Shown: one piece after another, positions 9,463-18,819 of the stretch
Layout: every line of letters starts with the position of its first letter
Numbering within the stretch: position 1 is the stretch's first letter
NCBI GenBank assembly: GCA_030674455.1
Contig: JAUSGQ010000027.1
Coordinates: 18,786 to 82,785 of the forward strand
Direction: 5' to 3'
Source of the DNA: a bacterium
GTDB lineage: Bacteria; Patescibacteriota; Minisyncoccia; Phycocordibacterales; UBA2100
DNA length: 64,000 nucleotides
The notes under the pieces: model-generated
Told to the model about the DNA's origin: nothing
The model's database searches: none
The model's input: the letters and a program-made list of their open reading frames with translations, nothing else
Position numbers and translations under genes: made by a program

Positions 9463-10743
9463 CTACCCCAGCGATGAAAATAGGTGTTCCGCAATTCTGT
9501 CCGACGGCAGAGTAAGCTCGCTGCCGGTTGCAAGATTCTTTATCGTGTAGCGCCCAGACTCTCTCTCTTTTGCACCTATAGCTATGACGAACGGTACTTT
9601 CATTTTGTCGGCCTGGCGGATTTGGTCGCCCACGCGCTTTCCGGAAAGATTGACGGCAACATTCACATCCTCGCTCCGCAGCTCCTGCGCAAGGCGCATC
9701 GCGTGAGGTAGGGCATCCTTTTCCACGATACATAGCATGAGTTCAGTGGCTGGAGCATACGTTGGCAAGAGGTTGTGCGTCTCCAGGAAGTCGCGGGCGG
9801 TTACATCGCCCATTCCGAATCCGACGGCAGGTATTGCGTCTCCGCCAAATATTGAAATCAGGTTATCGTATCGCCCGCCCCCGAAAATCGACCTGCGGTT
9901 GTTTTCATCCGTATCGTAAACCTCAAAAACCATGCCGGTGTAGTAATCGAATCCGCGCGTTATTTTTGTGTCGACTACCATGTTGTGAACTCCCATTGTC
10001 TCCAGCTGGGTGCGCAATTCCTCAAGATATGCGGTACTCGTTGTTCGCTCCAACAGTTCCAGAAGCTGTTCAGCCTTTTTGTCGCCGATAAGAGACTCGA
10101 GCTTCTTGCTGAAATCCGGGTTTTTCGCGCGCGTATCCAGAAGCCGCGTAAGCTCTGCTCGCATGTCCGCCTCAATGCCCACTGAATCATAAATTGAGTC
10201 GATGATGCGCCGGTCGGAAACGCGTATCTCGAAATTTCTTTCATCGGCCCCCATCGAGCGCATCACGCTGTGTGCGATTGCTATAATTTCAGCGTCTGCT
10301 TCAATGCCGGAAGCTCCGACGATGTCGGCATTCAACTGCCAGTGTTCTCGCAAGCGTCCGCGTTGAGGTCTTTCGTATCTAAATATATTCGCGATGGAAT
10401 ACCAACGTGCGGGAAGCGATATTTCTCGCGCTTTGCTTGCCACCATGCGGGCGAATGTAGGCGTCATTTCAGGCCGCAGAGTGACCTCGCGCTCGCCGCG
10501 GTCTGTGAAGGTATACGTCTGATCGTTAACTATTTCCTCAGACGTTTTACCGCGGTAGAGCTCGCTCGGTTCCAAGACAGATGCCCCGTATTCTTCGTAG
10601 CCGAAAAGCTCGCATACGCGCTCCATATGCTCAAAAAGGTATCGTAGAACAAACTGGTCTTCGGGATAGAAATCGCGTACGCCCTTGTAGGGTTCTAGTG
10701 AAATCTTCTCGCCTCGTTTCGCCATTGGCATATTATGCACCAA
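9463..10743 (-). CDS. hisS: Histidine--tRNA ligase
   Basis: KGVRDFYP, LRPEMT, FRYERPQRGRLREH, RGFDYYTG, GGGRYD. Confidence 0.96.
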   Translation of the reverse strand: MVHNMPMAKRGEKISLEPYKGVRDFYPEDQFVLRYLFEHMERVCELFGYEEYGASVLEPSELYRGKTSEEIVNDQTYTFTDRGEREVTLRPEMTPTFARMVASKAREISLPARWYSIANIFRYERPQRGRLREHWQLNADIVGASGIEADAEIIAIAHSVMRSMGADERNFEIRVSDRRIIDSIYDSVGIEADMRAELTRLLDTRAKNPDFSKKLESLIGDKKAEQLLELLERTTSTAYLEELRTQLETMGVHNMVVDTKITRGFDYYTGMVFEVYDTDENNRRSIFGGGRYDNLISIFGGDAIPAVGFGMGDVTARDFLETHNLLPTYAPATELMLCIVEKDALPHAMRLAQELRSEDVNVAVNLSGKRVGDQIRQADKMKVPFVIAIGAKERESGRYTIKNLATGSELTLPSDRIAEHLFSSLG

Positions 10744-10756
10744 AAGTCAGATTAAG

Positions 10757-10814
10757 AAATACCCAAGGTCTCTCCTCTGGGATTTTGCATTTTGAGGTGA
10801 GACCTTGGGAATTT
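10757..10814. repeat. Imperfect palindrome, second copy at 41193-41254
   Basis: CCCAAGGTCTCTCCTC...GAGGTGAGACCTTGGG vs CCCGAGGTCTCTCCTC...GAGGTGAGACCTCGGG. Confidence 0.7.
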
Positions 10815-10995
10815 GCAAGCTCCAAAAATCAATTTGCAAAGAAATTGCAAATTACAATTTCCAAAACGTACCGTTTAGGGACTGGATTTTTGGATATTGT
10901 TTGCGAATTGCAAATTGAGTTTTGCAAATTTGTGGCGTGGCACTGCTGTTGTGCGGATTTCGTTTTTGCGATATAGTCTTGGGCATAAACAGGAT

Positions 10996-11154
10996 ATGTC
11001 GCAAGATCAACTATTCAGACTGGCATGCGCCAAGTGCGGTCGCATAAATTATTGGTCGCGCAAGAATCGCAAGCTTGTCACACGCAAAATTGAATTGAAG
11101 AAGTTCTGCAAATGGTGCAGAGCGCATACTAAACATAAAGAGGCTAAGAAATAA
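10996..11154 (+). CDS. rpmG: 50S ribosomal protein L33
   Basis: LACAKCGRINYWSRKN..KIELKKFCKWCRAHTKHKE. Confidence 0.95.
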   Translation: MSQDQLFRLACAKCGRINYWSRKNRKLVTRKIELKKFCKWCRAHTKHKEAKK

Positions 11155-11277
11155 CGCTGGTAATGATAATCGTTAAGAGATACTGCAAAACCATTTGCAG
11201 AAGGAAGGGGTCGGGAAACCTTCTGGTTTCCCGTGGAGGAAGGAATGGGAAAACCGAGGGTTTCCCAGGATGCTTAC

Positions 11278-11310
11278 ATGGTGCAGAGCGCACACCAAGC
11301 ACAAGGAGGC
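11278..11310 (+). repeat. Displaced, synonymously diverged copy of the rpmG 3' end
   Basis: Encodes WCRAHTKHKEA like 11112-11144, with third-position differences only. Confidence 0.8.
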
Positions 11311-11384
11311 ACGGAGGGGACGTAAAGGCGAAGTTGTGCATAACTAGCATGACACCGATTCTGCATTGCGGTGTACTATAACTA

Positions 11385-12068
11385 TTGTCGATGGTTCGTA
11401 TGCTTGCCAAAACATCGGAGAAGAAAAAAGCAATGAAGTTGCGCTCACTGGGTTATTCTTTGAATGAGATTTCTGATTTGCTCAAAATCTCGAAGTCATC
11501 GGCCTCACTTTGGTTACGCGACGTACATTTGTCCGAACAAGCAAGAAAAATAATCTCCCAGAAGCGCGAACAAGCTCGACTCAAATCTGCACTAACGAAT
11601 CACGACCGATTGCTGAAACGACTTGATGAAGCAGAGAAGTTTGCGAACGAGACCGTGGAGATGATAAGAATAGATGCGAAAATATCTCGCATTACGTGTG
11701 CACTTTTGTACTGGTGCGAGGGTGAGAAAGCCAAGTCAGACAAAACTCTAACATTTGCCAATTCCGACCCCAAACTAATCGCCACCTTCCTGGCCATGTT
11801 AAGGATGGGATTTGAGATTAGTGAGAGTAAGTTTAGAGTGTGTCTGCATCTCCATGATTACCATAATGAAGGAAAACAAATCGCATTTTGGTCACGAGTC
11901 ACAGGTATACCGGCCACTCAATTCTCAAAAACATACAACAAACCGCACACAGGAAAACGTACAAGGGAAGGATATGCAGGATGCGCAAGTATACGGTATT
12001 ATGACACTCGAATCGCTCGGCAGGTGCAAGCCACGGCGCGAGCTTTTCTAAGGAAAACGGGCCTATAG
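11385..12068 (+). CDS. HTH + LAGLIDADG-like homing-endonuclease-family protein
   Basis: N-terminal HTH (GYSLNEISDLLKISKSSASLWL); LYWCEGEK..FANSDP..FWS..TGIP..QF pattern; stop overlaps tRNA-Trp. Confidence 0.6.
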   Translation: MSMVRMLAKTSEKKKAMKLRSLGYSLNEISDLLKISKSSASLWLRDVHLSEQARKIISQKREQARLKSALTNHDRLLKRLDEAEKFANETVEMIRIDAKISRITCALLYWCEGEKAKSDKTLTFANSDPKLIATFLAMLRMGFEISESKFRVCLHLHDYHNEGKQIAFWSRVTGIPATQFSKTYNKPHTGKRTREGYAGCASIRYYDTRIARQVQATARAFLRKTGL

Positions 12069-12133
12069 TTCAATGGCTAGAATTTCTCTCTCCAAAAGAG
12101 AAGATCAAGGTTCGAGTCCTTGTGGGCCCGCCA
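12059..12133 (+). tRNA. tRNA-Trp(CCA)
   Basis: GGGCCTA/TGGGCCC stem; loop CTCCAAA; encoded CCA. Confidence 0.92.
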
Positions 12134-12164
12134 AAAACATCAAACTGCTATAATTGCGGTTCTG

Positions 12165-12707
12165 ATGGACTATATGACAAATTTCCTCCCAGCTCATCCG
12201 GAAGAAAAGAAAAGACTTGATGCACTTCATGCACTTGGTATTCTCGATACGGAACCAGATTCGGCGTTTGACGAGATTACCAAGGAGGTGACCAGGTTGC
12301 TGCACGTACCCATCTCAACGATTTCACTGATTGATAATGAGCGCGAATGGTACAAGTCGCGCCAGGGACTGCAAATGCGTGAAGGCCCTCGCGTTATTGC
12401 TTTTTGTAGTTGGGCATTGTTAGCGAAGCGCATATTTATCGTTGAAGATTTACTGAAGGACGAACGGTTCAAAGACAATCCGTATGTTACTGGCGATCCC
12501 CTCCTCCGTTTCTACGCGGGTGTACCCCTGTATGACTGGGGGAGCAGACTGCCAGTCGGGGTTCTATGTGCAAAAGACGTTAAACCGCGGACATTGAGCC
12601 TTAAAGAAATTGAAACCCTGCTTGTACTGGCTAAAGAAGCAGAAAATCTGATAAACAATTACCGATTGCATACCAAAAATAACTCTCCAGGAGGCAGATA
12701 TCCATAA
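12165..12707 (+). CDS. Stand-alone GAF domain protein
   Basis: EKKRLDALHALGILDT..FDEIT..AFCS..RFKDNPYV..RFYAGVPL..GVLC. Confidence 0.9.
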   Translation: MDYMTNFLPAHPEEKKRLDALHALGILDTEPDSAFDEITKEVTRLLHVPISTISLIDNEREWYKSRQGLQMREGPRVIAFCSWALLAKRIFIVEDLLKDERFKDNPYVTGDPLLRFYAGVPLYDWGSRLPVGVLCAKDVKPRTLSLKEIETLLVLAKEAENLINNYRLHTKNNSPGGRYP

Positions 12708-12768
12708 TCGAGATTTCTTGCGCACTCGTGACCGATTGGCAGCTATAGTTCAGGTGTATCATGCAATC

Positions 12769-14355
12769 ATGAACCAAAAAGCCATGCCTATTGGTAGGCA
12801 GGGATTTTCGCAGCTGATTTTGCTGGTCATTGCGGGACTCGTCATTTTGGGAGGAGGCGCTTGGTATTATCAGCAGCCGTCCGCGCAAAATAAACCTGCC
12901 ACAGATATGCAGACAATCTCGACTGCCACGCAATCGTCTTCAGTCTCTGTAGTGCCAGAACCTTCTGCCGACAATACATCTCCTGCTCTGGTTGAGCAGG
13001 AACAACAAGCAAATAAAAAGACATCGTCGATAACACCGACGCAAAACACTGTCCCAAAAACACCAGCACAGACTACTGGCTCGACTAAACAAGTCACTGC
13101 GCCGGCGGACGTAGCGCCCCCCGCACCATCCACGCCCGAAATCTCATGCACCAGTCCTACCGATACGAGGCATATGGATATTTTCGATTCCCATGCACAC
13201 AACATCATACCCAAATTCAGCTTGTCTCAGATGATTGCGGAGATGAATAAGGCAGGAGTGAGTGTGACAAACCTGTATTCGGGCACACTTGATATCGCAT
13301 CTCAATATCCCGGCAGATTTATTACATTCGTAGATACTCCCGATTCGCCACAACCCTCTACATGGCTCGCGCAAGGCCAGGCATTCGTTACTTCTGCCGA
13401 GGCGATGTTGAAGACAGGAAAATATTATGGCATAGGCGAAACGAACTTGAGATACTGGGGTGGCAAGGGTAGCGCTCCGACTTTACAGATCAATGTTTCG
13501 TCGGATAATCCCATCTGGCTTCAGTTAATGAACTTGTCCGCTCAATATCACGTCCCTATCTCATTTCACTTCGTGCCTGACGATACCGTCGCGAACGCCG
13601 CTTTTGAAAGAATGCTGAGTTCGAACAAGAATGCAACTTTCATCTGGGCTCATCTCGGATTTAACGGTCATCCGCTCAACCGCACAACGCTCAGCGATTA
13701 CCTTTTGCGATACCCCAATTTATACTTCGACACGGCTGGGATTCAGAATATGCAAAATCCTTTGCCGATGGACAATTCTAATTGGGCGCGGCTCATGCCT
13801 AACGGTCGATTGGACAAAGACTGGAAGCAATTCTTTGAAACATGGAACTCCCGCATCTTATTCGGTTCAGACGCCGGAGGGGGAGGAAATGGCCTGGAGA
13901 GATGGCTCAACTATTCGAGCAATGCAAGCGATGGCGCTCCCGCAGACGCCATCGGACACTGGAAATCTCTATTTTCCTACACGGACCAAAATACTGCCCG
14001 CAATATCCTAAGCGCCAACGCCCGAGAGCTTTTCTTGAAGGACCAGAAGAAACCCTACAATTATTCGGTTTCCTCAGGTGGTAAATGTTATACAATTTCC
14101 GTACGTTCCGAATCTTCCGTTTCGGCTCTGACGTTCAATCCGAGTACGCGCACAATCGCCTTCACGGTAGCCAACTCTAACGATACGACGGGCAACGCCG
14201 TGATAACCATACCGATAGCGTTCGGCACAAACTTCACAGCTTCTGTGGATGGAAAGCGCGTTAAATCTCAATCCACCTCAAATTCCACCGACACTACAAT
14301 AAGCTTGGAATATTCCGGCGGCATAAAATTGATTACTCTCAACGCGACAGAGTGA
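12769..14355 (+). CDS. Surface-anchored amidohydrolase-family protein with extra C-terminal beta domain
   Basis: N-terminal GF+TM anchor; S/T/P linker; DSHAH, GIGE, PISFH, IWAHLG, NLYFDTA, RILFGSD. Confidence 0.75.
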   Translation: MNQKAMPIGRQGFSQLILLVIAGLVILGGGAWYYQQPSAQNKPATDMQTISTATQSSSVSVVPEPSADNTSPALVEQEQQANKKTSSITPTQNTVPKTPAQTTGSTKQVTAPADVAPPAPSTPEISCTSPTDTRHMDIFDSHAHNIIPKFSLSQMIAEMNKAGVSVTNLYSGTLDIASQYPGRFITFVDTPDSPQPSTWLAQGQAFVTSAEAMLKTGKYYGIGETNLRYWGGKGSAPTLQINVSSDNPIWLQLMNLSAQYHVPISFHFVPDDTVANAAFERMLSSNKNATFIWAHLGFNGHPLNRTTLSDYLLRYPNLYFDTAGIQNMQNPLPMDNSNWARLMPNGRLDKDWKQFFETWNSRILFGSDAGGGGNGLERWLNYSSNASDGAPADAIGHWKSLFSYTDQNTARNILSANARELFLKDQKKPYNYSVSSGGKCYTISVRSESSVSALTFNPSTRTIAFTVANSNDTTGNAVITIPIAFGTNFTASVDGKRVKSQSTSNSTDTTISLEYSGGIKLITLNATE

Positions 14356-14450
14356 GAATAAAGTGTAGTGAACCTTTAAAGCTAAGAACTCGCCATGAAG
14401 GTTCTGACGTCGTACCACACGGCCCGCATCCGCCAAAAGAGAATTGACGC

Positions 14451-14897
14451 ATGAAATCGGAATTTACAATCGGCGTATTTGGAATCATTGTTGACTCAAA
14501 AGGCCGGGTTTTGCTTTGCCATAGGCGGGATTACGACCTGTGGAATCTGCCTGGCGGAGGTTTAGATACTGGAGAATCTGTTCTGGATGGAGTAAAAAGA
14601 GAGGTCAAAGAAGAAACTGGGCTGAATGTTGAGGTTATGAAATTGGTCGGAGTTTACACCAAAGAAAGCAAGAATGAGATGGTTTTTTCTTTTGTCTGCG
14701 CTGTTACCGGCGGTCAAATTACGTTAAACGATGAGGCAGACAAAATTGAATATTTCGAGATAAATAAATTGCCTGCAAATACTGTTCCAAAACAAGTTGA
14801 GAGAATCAATGATGCCGTTAACAATACCAAAGAAGTAATTTTTAAAGTCCAAACAGGTGAATCCTCGATTGAATTGATTAGAGAAGGAGTACTTTAG
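14451..14897 (+). CDS. NUDIX hydrolase
   Basis: GGGLDTGESVLDGVKREVKEETGL Nudix box. Confidence 0.93.
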   Translation: MKSEFTIGVFGIIVDSKGRVLLCHRRDYDLWNLPGGGLDTGESVLDGVKREVKEETGLNVEVMKLVGVYTKESKNEMVFSFVCAVTGGQITLNDEADKIEYFEINKLPANTVPKQVERINDAVNNTKEVIFKVQTGESSIELIREGVL

Positions 14898-14996
14898 AGA
14901 AAGTTCCTTTGCATTGTTGTGAGCTGGGCATTTTCATTAGAATTTCACTGCCGCTCAAGCACCATGAGTCATTAATAGTTTATTCAATAAAATTCT

Positions 14997-15212
14997 ATGA
15001 CTTCATACGTTGTTGAATGTACATGTGGGCATGATTTGAAAGTCAATGCATCCGGTCGCGATGACGCGGTGGAAAAGGCTAAGCGGATGATGGACAAGGA
15101 TGGAATCATGCAGCACTACAAGAAGCACCATCCGGGCGAAACGGTGCCTTCAGTCGCTGAGATTCACGCACACATAGAGCAAGACATAAGGGAAACAGTG
15201 GCTGCGAGATAG
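14997..15212 (+). CDS. Small putative metal-binding protein (DUF1059-like)
   Basis: CTCG ... HYKKHH. Confidence 0.55.
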   Translation: MTSYVVECTCGHDLKVNASGRDDAVEKAKRMMDKDGIMQHYKKHHPGETVPSVAEIHAHIEQDIRETVAAR

Positions 15213-15226
15213 ATGTGTAGCTCAAG

Positions 15227-15270
15227 CCAAAAACATTCCAACATTCTCAAGAATGTTGGAATGTTTTTGG
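15227..15270. repeat. Palindrome, family P1 variant
   Basis: CCAAAAACATTCCAACATTCT-CA-AGAATGTTGGAATGTTTTTGG; core recurs inside dus at 45953-45980. Confidence 0.75.
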
Positions 15271-15310
15271 ATAAAAATGCGTTCTTCTGTCGAGGGCGTA
15301 TAATGCGTGA

Positions 15311-16030
15311 ATGAGGCGCGTACTTGTCGTCGGTGGCTCGGAAGAGTATTCGGGGGCAGTATTCCTCGCTGGAATAGCCGCCCTGCGTTCCGGCGCGGAG
15401 TCAGTCATCATCATGGCTCCTGAAAAAGTTGCGTGGGCCATAAATGCACTCTCCCCCGACATAATGACTAGAAAATTGCGAGGAAGATATTTGGGTATGT
15501 CGCACAAGGCGGAGATACTCCGTCAGCTAAAAACTGCCGATGTTTTCGTATTGGGGAATGGAGCGACAACTCGCCCGGGCACAGCCACACTCATGCGGGC
15601 GCTCTGCAAATGGCCGGGAAAAAAGATAATTGATGCGGACGCTCTCAAGGTATTGCACAGCAACAAAGTTTCAAACGCGATTCTTACTCCGAATGCCGGC
15701 GAATGGAAATTGTTAAAAAAAAACAATGACATACAAAAACTTCTTGCGAAGAATATAATTATCAAAAAAGGGATGCCAACGCAGATTCTTTTCCAATCAA
15801 AGGTCTTTCAACAAAAGGGCACCAACCGCGGATTAGAAAAAGCCGGCACAGGCGATGTGCTTGCGGGCCTCTGTGCAGGATACTTGGCGCAGGGATTTTC
15901 TTCATGGGATGCGGCGAAGAAGGCATGCGAAACCGGAAACAAAGTCGCCGAACTCCTCACAAAGAAAAAGAGGGGGTACTATTTTCTTGCAAGCGATATT
16001 GTTGAGGAGCTTAGAAAAATATCTAAATAA
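15311..16030 (+). CDS. nnrD: NAD(P)H-hydrate dehydratase (YjeF C-terminal)
   Basis: VLVVGGSEEYSGA, IIDADAL, ILTPNAGE, AGTGDVLAG. Confidence 0.88.
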   Translation: MRRVLVVGGSEEYSGAVFLAGIAALRSGAESVIIMAPEKVAWAINALSPDIMTRKLRGRYLGMSHKAEILRQLKTADVFVLGNGATTRPGTATLMRALCKWPGKKIIDADALKVLHSNKVSNAILTPNAGEWKLLKKNNDIQKLLAKNIIIKKGMPTQILFQSKVFQQKGTNRGLEKAGTGDVLAGLCAGYLAQGFSSWDAAKKACETGNKVAELLTKKKRGYYFLASDIVEELRKISK

Positions 16031-16035
16031 CCGAC

Positions 16036-16623
16036 ATGGAATACAAAATTATTCTTGGCTATATAACGATAGTAATCGCTATCCTCGGATATATTCCGTA
16101 TTTTAGGGATATTTTTAGGGGGAAAACAAAGCCGCATGTTTTTTCCTGGTTCATTTGGGGATTAATAAATGTAATAGTTTTTCTCGCCCAAGTCGTTGGA
16201 CATGGCGGTGCGGGCAGTTGGGTTACGGCTGTTACGGCATTGGCGTGTCTTACCATTGCCGCGCTGTCTTTGAGGAATGGCAAAAGGGACTTTTCCGTCA
16301 TTGATTGGTTATCACTTGCGGGAGCGCTACTGGCAATTTTACTCTGGGTGGTTACGAGTGAGCCATTACTTACAGTTATCTTGCTGACAATAGCTGACAT
16401 CATTGGATTTGTGCCCACGTTCCGAAAAAGCTATTCCAAACCGCAAGAGGAAACAGTTGCCGCATTTGCTTTGGCTGGGTTGAAATACGCAATAGCACTT
16501 TTTGCACTTAACTCGTTTACCATGACAACGGCACTGTTTCCCACATCTCTTGTTTTAACAAATTTGGTCTTTGTTGCGATGCTAATGATACGGCGGAAAC
16601 AATTGCGGCTAAAAGCGCTGTAA
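16036..16623 (+). CDS. PQ-loop-like membrane protein
   Basis: PYFRDIFRGKTKP..SWFIW; PTFRKSYSKPQEE; ~7 TM. Confidence 0.6.
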   Translation: MEYKIILGYITIVIAILGYIPYFRDIFRGKTKPHVFSWFIWGLINVIVFLAQVVGHGGAGSWVTAVTALACLTIAALSLRNGKRDFSVIDWLSLAGALLAILLWVVTSEPLLTVILLTIADIIGFVPTFRKSYSKPQEETVAAFALAGLKYAIALFALNSFTMTTALFPTSLVLTNLVFVAMLMIRRKQLRLKAL

Positions 16624-16639
16624 ATATACCTAATTTAGT

Positions 16640-16671
16640 CTATGCTAGTGTTTTGCAAAACACTAGCATAG
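16640..16671. repeat. Palindrome family P1
   Basis: CTATGCTAGTGTTTTGCAAAACACTAGCATAG between convergent genes. Confidence 0.75.
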
Positions 16672-16679
16672 GGTTTTCT

Positions 16680-17588
16680 CTACTTGGAAGTGCCAACGAA
16701 AGTGCGAACGCGTTTTTCAAGTTCTCTAATTTGAGAAGGTTTGAACCACTTGATGTCATGATTTCGATTCCAGTAGGTGATTTGCCGTTTCGCGTAGTGA
16801 ACGCTGTCGCGAACAATTTTCTCCTCCAATTCTTTGCGATTGAGTTTCTTTTGTAGGTACATGGCCAGTGAGCGATATTCAAGGCCGAAGGATTCCATTC
16901 TCTTATACGAGAGACCTTGCTTGTGCAGTTTGATTGCTTCCTTAATCATTCCCACTTTCATCCGCGCGCGCATGCGCGCGCGGATACGTTTCTTCAGTTC
17001 TTGTTTGGGGCGAGAAATTCCAATCCACAAAACATCGAAATAGTGGTTTCGTAAACCCTTAATATCCGGCACGCGCCCGAGAGTTGCGACGGTTTCAATG
17101 GCGCGAACCAGACGGCGTTTGTTATTTTTATCTATTGTTTTTGCCCGTCGAGCATCTTGTTTCTTGAGCATGAAGAATAATTGTTCCGCGCTCATTTTAT
17201 CCAACTTCTTTCGCAGCATGGCGTTTATAGGTACGCTGGACAAAGCAACGCGGCCAACCAATGCGTCAATGTAGAAACCGGTACCACCGACTATGATTGG
17301 CAATTTATCTCTGCCATTAATTTGTGCGATTGCGCGCTTTGAGCGAGTGACGAAATCATGCGCGGTAAAAGTGCGATGAGGTGACATCTCATCGAGCAAG
17401 TGGTGGGGAACACCCTTCATCTCACGCTTCGTTATCTTTCCCGAGCCGATATCGAGACCTTTGTACACCTGCCGCGAGTCTGCGGAAATTATCTCGCCAT
17501 TGAATTCGCGAGCGAGCTCGACGGCGAGAGAACTTTTTCCGGATGAAGTAGGACCCACAATAACTAGTAACTTCGGCATCTTTTGCAT
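16680..17588 (-). CDS. miaA: tRNA dimethylallyltransferase
   Basis: GPTSSGKS, IISADSRQVYKGLDIGSGK, GGTGFY, YAKRQITYW. Confidence 0.96.
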   Translation of the reverse strand: MQKMPKLLVIVGPTSSGKSSLAVELAREFNGEIISADSRQVYKGLDIGSGKITKREMKGVPHHLLDEMSPHRTFTAHDFVTRSKRAIAQINGRDKLPIIVGGTGFYIDALVGRVALSSVPINAMLRKKLDKMSAEQLFFMLKKQDARRAKTIDKNNKRRLVRAIETVATLGRVPDIKGLRNHYFDVLWIGISRPKQELKKRIRARMRARMKVGMIKEAIKLHKQGLSYKRMESFGLEYRSLAMYLQKKLNRKELEEKIVRDSVHYAKRQITYWNRNHDIKWFKPSQIRELEKRVRTFVGTSK

Positions 17589-17668
17589 GGCACAAGAATA
17601 CAGTAGTTGGCAATAAGCGCCAATGCGAGACTGAGAATACGGTATAATTGATAAGCAAAACTTGACCT

Positions 17669-18262
17669 ATGGAATCACCGGAAGGAGGAAGACCAGCGAG
17701 CATGTCGAAGAGAAAGACGCTTAAAGAATTGGGTATCGCTGGTGCCGCAGTTAGACTTGGGCTTGCGGGAACAATTGGGAAGTTAATATTTGATGCCGCG
17801 AAAGAGAAAAAGGAGAAAGCTAAACCGAAATCAGATCCGGAAAAGGATTGGTTACCCACAATGCTGAATGAGTCACGGAAGGAGAGGGAAAACCCTAAAG
17901 TTCTTCAAGCTCAAGTAGATTTCCTGTGCAGGCTAGGAGAAAGCAAGGAGGACGTTGAGGCAGTGGTAAAAGGAAAAAAAGAAAAACTAGAGAACCTGGT
18001 AGATTCATGGATAGAGAGAGCAGATAAACAATCTGCTGGGTTCAGTGTAACTGAGAAAAATGACGTTAGGGTTAGAATTCGAGAGTGGTTTCAATTTAGA
18101 TTTGCTGATGAGAGAGGTCCTTTTAGTAAGAAAAATAAAGCTCCCAAGGAACCTCTAAATGAGGAAACTCTTAAAGCGGCGATTAGCGAGCAGATTCTTA
18201 TCCTTACAGATCTGCAGGACGAGATTGCTAGGGATAAATTGCGGGAAAACACTCCTAAATGA
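17669..18262 (+). CDS. Hypothetical protein
   Basis: 197-aa charged ORF with an N-terminal hydrophobic stretch; no family recognised. Confidence 0.55.
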   Translation: MESPEGGRPASMSKRKTLKELGIAGAAVRLGLAGTIGKLIFDAAKEKKEKAKPKSDPEKDWLPTMLNESRKERENPKVLQAQVDFLCRLGESKEDVEAVVKGKKEKLENLVDSWIERADKQSAGFSVTEKNDVRVRIREWFQFRFADERGPFSKKNKAPKEPLNEETLKAAISEQILILTDLQDEIARDKLRENTPK

Positions 18263-18302
18263 TAAATGCGAGAAGCACCGACCGGGTGCCTTTCGCATTG
18301 GA

Positions 18303-18506
18303 TGTGCCGGGAGAGGGACTTGGTCACAAATAATTCCTGTGCCGTCGCACAAGAATTTTCGCTAAGCCTATCCATTTGTGATAGGCACCTGTAGACGGCC
18401 CGGCTCGGCATTTCGCGTACTCGCGAGAATATGCCTCCGCCTTTCAAGTCCCTCGCGCGATGTGCGCAGGCACACCGCTTCCCACCACAGTCTCACTGCG
18501 TTCGTC
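18303..18506 (-). mobile_element. Structured tRNA-3'-end-associated element B (tRNA-Leu), separated from its tRNA by the island
   Basis: 20-bp direct copy of tRNA-Leu 3' end (18303-18322 = 31480-31499); split antisense arms at 18443-18454 and 18480-18489; scaffold shared with element A. Confidence 0.7.
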
Positions 18507-18819
18507 TGTGGGGTTGTACGATGATGTACGAACCTATTTTAGCAGGAACTCGGACTGACTCGCGCGCTCCGCGCGCGTGGTGGCTTTGTATTCTGTCTTG
18601 CGATTGGATTTTGTACCCGCCCCCGCCCCGCCGCACTCTCCTCCATACGCATCTATTTCGCGGGGGTTTTTGAAAATTGAATGGGCGGCGGGGCGGGGGC
18701 AAACGGCTCAATTACCAGTAATTGAGCCGTTTGGGTTCAAATGCAATTCAGAATTGAGCCTCGTGCATTCTATTGTCGCTAGTGGCCCAGCCCACGGGGT
18801 GTCACCCTCGGCATCCGCC

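Noticed and set aside
11112-11310. DGR template/variable repeat pair (also the topA tails)
   Set aside because: Differences are synonymous third-position changes, not adenine-specific, and no reverse transcriptase is present.
18303-18322. 20-bp tRNA-Leu repeat as the island's attL
   Set aside because: It belongs to element B by homology with the tRNA-Phe element. The recombinase tail reconstruction places the junction at 18507-18510.
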